Source: Candidatus Marinacidobacterales bacterium (GTDB lineage Bacteria > Acidobacteriota > Vicinamibacteria > Marinacidobacterales > DATDRI01). From it: a stretch of 64,000 nt of DNA. The notes beneath the pieces were generated by a model that had not been told where the DNA came from, made no database searches, and worked only from the letters and a program-made list of their open reading frames with translations. Location of the stretch: positions 352,001 to 416,000 of the forward strand of contig OZ245365.1 of assembly GCA_965226495.1 (NCBI GenBank), read 5' to 3'. Below, piece by piece: positions 57,846-64,000 of this stretch; positions within the stretch are counted from its first letter, which is position 1; every line of letters starts with the position of its first letter. Made by a program: the position numbers and the translations under genes.

Positions 57846-59045
57846 ATGGCGAAGGAGAAATTTGATCGAAGTAAGCCGCATGTAAACGTGGGGACGATTG
57901 GGCATGTGGACCACGGTAAGACGACGTTGACGGCGGCGATAACGAAGGTCCTGCATAGCAAGGACGACAAAGTGTCGTTCCGGAGCTTCGACTCGATCGA
58001 CAACGCTCCTGAAGAGCGAGAGCGAGGGATCACGATCGCGACGGCGCACGTGGAGTACACGACGGATAACCGTCACTACGCGCACGTGGACTGCCCGGGC
58101 CATGCGGACTATGTGAAGAACATGATTACGGGAGCGGCTCAGATGGACGGAGCGATCCTGGTGGTGTCGGCGGCTGACGGGCCAATGCCGCAGACGCGGG
58201 AGCACATATTGTTGGCGCGTCAGGTAGGAGTGCCCTTCATCGTGGTGTTTTTGAACAAGACGGATGCGGTGGACGATCCGGAGCTGTTGGACTTAGTGGA
58301 GCTCGAGGTCCGGGAGTTATTGACGCAATACGAATTCCCTGGAGACGACATTCCGATCATACGTGGAAGTGCACTAAAGGCGTTGGAGGGAAGCGGAGAG
58401 CCAGGGGCGGAAGAGAGCAAGTCGATCATGGAACTGATGGCGGCTCTGGACGATTACGTGCCGCTGCCGGAGCGAGACATCGACAAGCCGTTCCTGATGC
58501 CGATCGAGGACGTGTTCTCGATTTCTGGTCGTGGGACGGTGGTGACGGGTCGTGTGGACCGTGGCAAGGTGAAGGTGAGTGAAGAGATCGAGATCGTCGG
58601 CATCCAGGAGACGCGCAAGCGTGTAGTGACGGGAGTGGAGATGTTCAAGAAGCTCCTGGACGAAGGGATGGCGGGGGACAACATAGGTGTTTTGCTTCGC
58701 GGGACGGAGAAGGACGAAGTGGAGAGAGGTATGGTGCTGGCCAAGCCTGGCTCGATCAAGCCGCACACGAAGTTTAAAGGAGCGGTCTACGTTCTGACGA
58801 AGGAAGAGGGAGGACGTCACACGCCGTTTTTCACGGGATATCGTCCGCAGTTCTATTTTCGTACGACGGACGTGACGGGAGTGGCGTCGTTGTCGAGTGG
58901 AGTGGAGATGGTGATGCCGGGCGACAACACGGACCTAGAGATTGAGATGATCACCCCCATCGCCATGGAGAAGGGACTGCGTTTCGCGATTCGCGAGGGC
59001 GGTCGTACGGTGGGTGCCGGCACCATCACCGATATCGTCGAGTAA
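57846..59045 (+). CDS. tuf: Elongation factor Tu
   Basis: [33 protein letters not shown]. Confidence 0.99.
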   Translation: MAKEKFDRSKPHVNVGTIGHVDHGKTTLTAAITKVLHSKDDKVSFRSFDSIDNAPEERERGITIATAHVEYTTDNRHYAHVDCPGHADYVKNMITGAAQMDGAILVVSAADGPMPQTREHILLARQVGVPFIVVFLNKTDAVDDPELLDLVELEVRELLTQYEFPGDDIPIIRGSALKALEGSGEPGAEESKSIMELMAALDDYVPLPERDIDKPFLMPIEDVFSISGRGTVVTGRVDRGKVKVSEEIEIVGIQETRKRVVTGVEMFKKLLDEGMAGDNIGVLLRGTEKDEVERGMVLAKPGSIKPHTKFKGAVYVLTKEEGGRHTPFFTGYRPQFYFRTTDVTGVASLSSGVEMVMPGDNTDLEIEMITPIAMEKGLRFAIREGGRTVGAGTITDIVE

Positions 59046-59061
59046 TGGAGTAGGCGAAGAA

Positions 59062-59214
59062 ATGGCACGGGATATCGTGACTCTAGCTTGTGGCGAGTGC
59101 AAGAGGCGGAACTACTCGACTACCCGGAACAAGAAGAAGACTACCGAACGCTTGGAATTCAAGAAATACTGTCGCTTCTGCCGGTTACATACAGCGCATC
59201 GGGAAACGAAGTAG
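59062..59214 (+). CDS. rpmG: 50S ribosomal protein L33 (Zn-binding form)
   Basis: [24 protein letters not shown]. Confidence 0.96.
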   Translation: MARDIVTLACGECKRRNYSTTRNKKKTTERLEFKKYCRFCRLHTAHRETK

Positions 59215-59253
59215 GTGGGGAGGCGGCCTGGTATCCCTGTACGGGAAAGCCAT

Positions 59254-59329
59254 AGGCCAGTAGCTCAATTGGTAGAGCACCGGTCTCCAAAACCGGGGGC
59301 TGGGGGTTCGAGTCCCTCCTGGCCTGCCA
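59254..59329 (+). tRNA. tRNA-Trp (CCA)
   Basis: CCGGT-CTCCAAA-ACCGG anticodon arm, CCA end. Confidence 0.97.
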
Positions 59330-59348
59330 CTCGAAGGGGCAACACGCG

Positions 59349-59567
59349 TTGAGTAAGATCGGAGATTATTTCACCCGGGTGCGGACGTTCGTCTCCGAAG
59401 TTCGTAACGAGTTCAAGAAGGTCACGTGGCCGCCCCGGAAGGAAGTCTACGGGACCACCCTGGTGGTTTGTTTGACGGTATTTTTCTTCGGCTTTTATCT
59501 GTACGGGTTGGACCTGATGATGTCATACGCTGCAGCGGCGCTAACCCGATTGGTGGGAGCTCAGTAA
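59349..59567 (+). CDS. secE: Preprotein translocase subunit SecE
   Basis: EFKKVTWP, single TM helix, synteny. Confidence 0.95.
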   Translation: MSKIGDYFTRVRTFVSEVRNEFKKVTWPPRKEVYGTTLVVCLTVFFFGFYLYGLDLMMSYAAAALTRLVGAQ

Positions 59568-59589
59568 TTTCGTGAGGACCGAAACCGTA

Positions 59590-60120
59590 ATGGCTAAACA
59601 GTGGTACATCGTCCACACCTACTCCGGATTCGAGAAGAAAGTGGCGGACAGCCTGAAACAAAGAGTTCAGGCCTTCGAGCTGGAAGACCAAATCGGTGAG
59701 GTTCTGATACCGACCGAGGACGTCGTCGAGATGAAGGGAGGCAAGAAGGTTGTTAGCGCCAAGAGGTTCTTCCCCGGATACGTGCTAGTGCAGATGGATA
59801 TGAACGATAACACCTGGCACGTGGTGAAGAACACTCCAAAAGTCACCGGCTTCGTGGGGGCCGGGCAAAGGCCCGCGCCTCTGAGCCAGGAAGAGGTGGA
59901 TCAAGTCATCAAGCAGGTCACGGTTGCGGCGGAAAAGCCGAAACCCAAGTACACCTTCGAGGCGGGTGAACCGGTGCGAATCATCGATGGTCCCTTCAGT
60001 AACTTTTCCGGCGTGGTCGATGAGGTGAACCTGGACCGAAATACATTGAAGGTCATGGTCACGATTTTCGGGCGCTCGACTCCGGTTGAGCTCGACTTTC
60101 TCCAAGTGGAGAAGACGTGA
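59590..60120 (+). CDS. nusG: Transcription termination/antitermination factor NusG
   Basis: [32 protein letters not shown]. Confidence 0.98.
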   Translation: MAKQWYIVHTYSGFEKKVADSLKQRVQAFELEDQIGEVLIPTEDVVEMKGGKKVVSAKRFFPGYVLVQMDMNDNTWHVVKNTPKVTGFVGAGQRPAPLSQEEVDQVIKQVTVAAEKPKPKYTFEAGEPVRIIDGPFSNFSGVVDEVNLDRNTLKVMVTIFGRSTPVELDFLQVEKT

Positions 60121-60121
60121 G

Positions 60122-60230
60122 CAGCCCTGAGCCCGAGCGGAGCGCGAACGAAGTGAGTCGCGCAGCGAGTAGCGAGTGGGGGTGGGGCCCCGCGAGCGCT
60201 GATGACAGCCCTGAGCCCGAGCGCTAATGA
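60122..60230 (+). repeat. Modular structured repeat, copy D (one full unit plus a truncated unit)
   Basis: Near-identical to the 85-bp unit at 35541, directly after the nusG stop. Confidence 0.92.
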
Positions 60231-60245
60231 TTCAAGCGGACTAAT

Positions 60246-60668
60246 ATGAAAAAAATACTGGGGTTAATCAAACTTCACATACCGGCCGGTAAGGCAACGC
60301 CTGCACCTCCGGTTGGACCGGCGCTCGGGCAGCACGGCGTCAACATCATGGATTTCTGTAAGGCCTTCAACGCCAAGACGAACAAGCAGGAGGGGTTAAT
60401 CATTCCGGTGGTCATCACCGTCTTTCAGGATCGCTCCTATAGCTTCATCACCAAGACGCCGCCGGCCTCGGTGCTGTTGAAGCGGGCGGTCGGGATAGCC
60501 AAGGGCTCGGGCGAGCCGAATCGCAACAAGGTTGGAACGGTGACGCTCCGGCAGGTCGAAGAGATCGCGAAGACCAAGATGCCGGACCTCAACGCGAGCG
60601 ACATCGAAGCCGCTAAGAAGATCGTGATGGGGACGGCCCGCAGCATGGGCATAGAAGTAGAGCAGTAA
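60246..60668 (+). CDS. rplK: 50S ribosomal protein L11
   Basis: [26 protein letters not shown]. Confidence 0.98.
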   Translation: MKKILGLIKLHIPAGKATPAPPVGPALGQHGVNIMDFCKAFNAKTNKQEGLIIPVVITVFQDRSYSFITKTPPASVLLKRAVGIAKGSGEPNRNKVGTVTLRQVEEIAKTKMPDLNASDIEAAKKIVMGTARSMGIEVEQ

Positions 60669-60729
60669 TTGGACCGGAGCGCGTGTTGGCCGCCAAATCA
60701 CGTGGTGGCTTCGACTGGAGCTAGCCAGG

Positions 60730-60870
60730 CGGGAGGGGTGGGGCCCCGAGGAGCACTAACCGGCCCGAAGGGCCGGCGGCCAGGAGGAATTGGGTCATTG
60801 AAATGCGGTGCCCAAGGGAACCTGGCCGGGTTTTAGGCGCGAGCGAAGAGCGAGCGCCGCGCGCACTAAG
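60730..60870 (+). repeat. Diverged member of the modular repeat family (copy E) in the rplK-rplA spacer
   Basis: GGGGTGGGGCCCCG..GCACTAA, GGCCCGAAGGGCC, GAGCGAAGAGCGAG..GCGCGCACTAA modules. Confidence 0.65.
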
Positions 60871-60887
60871 GAAAGACAAAACAAGAG

Positions 60888-61580
60888 ATGGCAGGCAAAG
60901 GCTACACCAAAGCAGCAGAAGCGGTCGGCGACAAACAGGACTTCACGCCGGAAGAAGCGATCGAGCTCATCAAGAAGGTGAAGTATACAAAGTTCGACGA
61001 GACCGTCGAGCTGGCGATGCGACTCGGCGTCGATCCTAAGCACGCAGATCAGATGGTGCGGGGCACTGTGGTGTTGCCGCACGGACTCGGTAGGACCCGG
61101 CGAGTCTTGGCCATCGCCTCCGGCGAGAAGGTCAAGGAAGCGGAAGATGCGGGAGCCGACCTGGTGGGCGGTGAGGACATGGTCGAGAAAATCTCTGGCG
61201 GCTTCATGGATTTCGAGGCCGTCGTAGCAACGCCGGACATGATGCGCAGTGTCGGGAAGCTGGGCAAAATCTTGGGCCCGCGAGGTCTGATGCCCAACCC
61301 CAAGACCGGTACGGTCACGTTCGACATTGGCAAGGCGGTGAAGGAAATCAAGGCCGGAAAGGTCGAGTTCCGCGTCGACAAGACCGCCATCATTCACGCA
61401 GCGGTGGGGAAAGTGTCTTTCTCCGATCAGAGCTTGTTGGAAAATCTGCAGGCTCTCGTCGACAGCGTAATGAGAGCGAAGCCGTCCGCGGCGAAGGGTA
61501 AGTACGTCAGGAGCATTGCTCTTTCTTCGACGATGGGCCCCGGGCTAAGAATCGACCCGCAAGCGCTCGGAATCAAGTAG
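60888..61580 (+). CDS. rplA: 50S ribosomal protein L1
   Basis: [30 protein letters not shown]. Confidence 0.98.
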   Translation: MAGKGYTKAAEAVGDKQDFTPEEAIELIKKVKYTKFDETVELAMRLGVDPKHADQMVRGTVVLPHGLGRTRRVLAIASGEKVKEAEDAGADLVGGEDMVEKISGGFMDFEAVVATPDMMRSVGKLGKILGPRGLMPNPKTGTVTFDIGKAVKEIKAGKVEFRVDKTAIIHAAVGKVSFSDQSLLENLQALVDSVMRAKPSAAKGKYVRSIALSSTMGPGLRIDPQALGIK

Positions 61581-61596
61581 GCCTAGGAGGATTTGG

Positions 61597-62115
61597 GTGA
61601 ATCGAACCGAAAAACTGGTAGCGGTCGAGCAGCTAAACAAGGACGTCGAAGCCCTCTCGGGCGTATTTGCCGTGGACTTTCGGGGATTGAAAGTGGAAGA
61701 AGCCACCGAGCTTCGCAGGAAGATCAGAGAGTCCGGCTCGAAATACCGCGTAGTCAAGAACACCCTTGCCCTTCGTTCTCTCAAGGGAACTTCGTTGGAG
61801 CCAATCCAGGTTCACCTAAAGGGGATGACCGCATTGGCTTACACCGAAGCCGATCCGGTGGCGCTGGCGAAGCTCCTAAACGACTTTGCGAAGGATGTGC
61901 CGGTACTGACGTTCAAGGGCGGGATGATCTTTGGCAAGGAAGTCACCCCGGAGGAATGTAAGCAACTGGCGTCGTTGCCCAGCCGAGAAGAGCTTTTGGC
62001 GCAGCTACTCTCGGTGCTGCTGGCGCCGATACAGAATTTCTTGGGAGTGCTGGAGGCTCCCGCCCGCGACCTCATTTTGGTTTTGAAGGCCGCGGGAGAT
62101 AAGCCCACGGAGTAA
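61597..62115 (+). CDS. rplJ: 50S ribosomal protein L10
   Basis: DFRGL, VVKNTL, LPSREELL; synteny. Confidence 0.95.
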   Translation: MNRTEKLVAVEQLNKDVEALSGVFAVDFRGLKVEEATELRRKIRESGSKYRVVKNTLALRSLKGTSLEPIQVHLKGMTALAYTEADPVALAKLLNDFAKDVPVLTFKGGMIFGKEVTPEECKQLASLPSREELLAQLLSVLLAPIQNFLGVLEAPARDLILVLKAAGDKPTE

Positions 62116-62161
62116 GTAATAAAAGAGGGTCCGATAGGGACCCCGAGCGAAGGAGCGATTC

Positions 62162-62545
62162 ATGGCAGACATTACGCAACAGGACGTAGTTGGCTACATA
62201 AAGGGGATTTCGGTCCTGGAATTGGCCGATTTGGTGAAGACACTTGAGGACGAGCTTGGCGTGAAAGCCGCTGCAGCCATGCCTATGGCAGTGGCGGGAC
62301 CTGGCGTTGGCGCTCCGGCCGCGGCCGAGGAGAAGACTGACTTCGACGTCGTACTGACCGCCGTCGGCGACAAGAAAATCAATGTGATCAAGGCAGTCCG
62401 CGAGGTGACCAGTCTCGGTCTCAAGGAAGCCAAGGACGTCGTGGAGGGTGTACCCAACACAGTCAAGGAAGGCGTTCCCAAGGAAGAGGCTGAGGCGATC
62501 AAAAAGAAGTTCGCGGATGCGGGAGCGACCGTCGAGCTTAAGTAG
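62162..62545 (+). CDS. rplL: 50S ribosomal protein L7/L12
   Basis: [32 protein letters not shown]. Confidence 0.98.
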   Translation: MADITQQDVVGYIKGISVLELADLVKTLEDELGVKAAAAMPMAVAGPGVGAPAAAEEKTDFDVVLTAVGDKKINVIKAVREVTSLGLKEAKDVVEGVPNTVKEGVPKEEAEAIKKKFADAGATVELK

Positions 62546-62662
62546 CTTCGTCTTTTTAGGGCCGCCCCGGGTCGCGTGCAATGCCGCGTGCGATGCCGCG
62601 TGCGGTGGCCCTTCGTTTTGAATCGAGCTCGAGCCCTTTGGCTCGGCGACCGATAGGAGTTT

Positions 62663-64000
62663 ATGGGCACGATGCAGACAATGACTGCCAATCCATACCG
62701 GCAGAGGATCGACTTCTCGAGGATTCGAACCGCCATTCCCATCCCGAATCTCATTGAGATTCAGAAAAAATCCTACGAGCGATTCCTGCAGATGAGTCTT
62801 CTCACCTCGGAAAGAGAAGATTCGGGCCTGCAGGCTGTTTTCAAGTCTGTCTTCCCCATCACGGATTTTCGCGAGAACTGTGAGCTTCAGTTCGTCGAGT
62901 ACTCGATCGGTGTCTGGGAGTGCAAGTGCGGAAAACTCGAGGGGCTACAGCATCTGCGGCGAGCCTGCCACTCGTGTGGCGCGAGCATTCGTACGAACCC
63001 ACTCGGTGACCGAGAGGTCCCTTGCATGTCTTGCGGAAAGTCCAACGAGAATCGCGGGTCGGTCTGCGACACCTGCGGAGACTCTGTTGGGCTCAAGCTC
63101 AAGTATGACGTGGAGGAGTGTCAAGAGCGGGGTATGACTTACTCGGTTCCCCTTAAGGTCACCATCCGCCTCACCGTCTACGACAAGGACCCCGAGTCCG
63201 GCGTGCGGTCGATCCGGGACATCAAAGAGCAGGAAGTCTACTTCGGCGACATCCCGTTGATGACCGACAACGGCACGTTCATCATCAACGGCACCGAGCG
63301 AGTGATCGTCTCGCAGCTTCATCGATCGCCTGGTGTCTTCTTCCATGAAGTAGACAAAGGATCCTTTCTTGCCCAGATCATCCCCTACCGTGGCTCGTGG
63401 GTAGAGTTCGAGTTCGATCAAAAGAATCTGCTCTATGTCCGTATCGATCGAAAGCGGAAATTCCCGGCCACCGTCTTCCTCAAGGCGCTCGGACTTCGCT
63501 CCAACGAAGACATTTTGCGAATTTTCTATGCTGTGGATCGTGTCAACCTTCGAGACGGTACCCTTCAGCTCGAGGTCTCACCGTCTCTAGTAGGTCGGCG
63601 ACTTTCGAAGAACGTCACCCCACCGGATAAAAAGAAAGATGTCATCGTCGCAGCCGGCAAACGGATAACCCACGCCGCTCTGGAGAAAATCCAGAGTGCC
63701 GGCATCACCGAAATCGAGGTCGGGGAAGCGGATCTCGAGGGTGGCTTCTCGGTTGCCGATGTCGTCGATCGTGAATCTGGCGAAGTGCTGACCGAGTCGA
63801 ACGACGAGATCACACCTGAGGTGATCGCCCAGCTTGCCGAGTACAACCTGCCTTCCATCGACGTGTTCTTCCCGGCCCAGGTGGATGTCGGTCCGATCAT
63901 TTCTCTGACACTCAAGAAGGATTCGCTCAAGAGCTCGGAGGAGGCGCTTATCGAGATCTATCGCCGACTCCGGCCGGGAGACCCCCCGACGCTCGAGAGC
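62663..64000 (+). CDS. rpoB: RNA polymerase beta subunit (5' part; runs off the window)
   Basis: My translation: [61 protein letters not shown]. Confidence 0.97.
   Translation, partial: MGTMQTMTANPYRQRIDFSRIRTAIPIPNLIEIQKKSYERFLQMSLLTSEREDSGLQAVFKSVFPITDFRENCELQFVEYSIGVWECKCGKLEGLQHLRRACHSCGASIRTNPLGDREVPCMSCGKSNENRGSVCDTCGDSVGLKLKYDVEECQERGMTYSVPLKVTIRLTVYDKDPESGVRSIRDIKEQEVYFGDIPLMTDNGTFIINGTERVIVSQLHRSPGVFFHEVDKGSFLAQIIPYRGSWVEFEFDQKNLLYVRIDRKRKFPATVFLKALGLRSNEDILRIFYAVDRVNLRDGTLQLEVSPSLVGRRLSKNVTPPDKKKDVIVAAGKRITHAALEKIQSAGITEIEVGEADLEGGFSVADVVDRESGEVLTESNDEITPEVIAQLAEYNLPSIDVFFPAQVDVGPIISLTLKKDSLKSSEEALIEIYRRLRPGDPPTLES

Overview
About 64 kb of mostly core chromosome from a GC-rich bacterium, most likely Acidobacteriota (Vicinamibacteria-like), inferred from the acidobacterial VWA protein and the Cys-rich RpoB insertion. 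The left edge carries an accessory AbiEi/AbiEii type IV toxin-antitoxin module with a clear promoter and operator; its toxin has a compensated frameshift pair. Next come a DUF2090 aldolase-like gene, rmuC, and complex I split into two divergent clusters (nuoABCDGH on -, nuoEFJKLMN on +, no nuoI). Further genes include an HtrA protease coupled to a catalytically dead HtrA paralog, uvrA, rhomboid, bshB1, an LLM oxidoreductase, nth, selA, a three-gene hypothetical operon (one gene broken by a 10-bp duplication), purH and LPS genes. The window ends with a long housekeeping run: TPR-lolB-like-ispE-spoVG-tRNA-Gln-prs-rplY-pth-rpsF-rpsR-rplI-dnaB-radA-yacL-plsC-B3/4-ispD-ispF-rlmB, four tRNAs, tuf-rpmG-tRNA-Trp-secE-nusG-rplKAJL and partial rpoB. 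Intergenic spaces hold several repeat families. The most notable is a modular hairpin repeat with compensatory changes at five loci, with no cognate transposase in the window. All calls come from reading motifs and synteny by eye; no database search was run.
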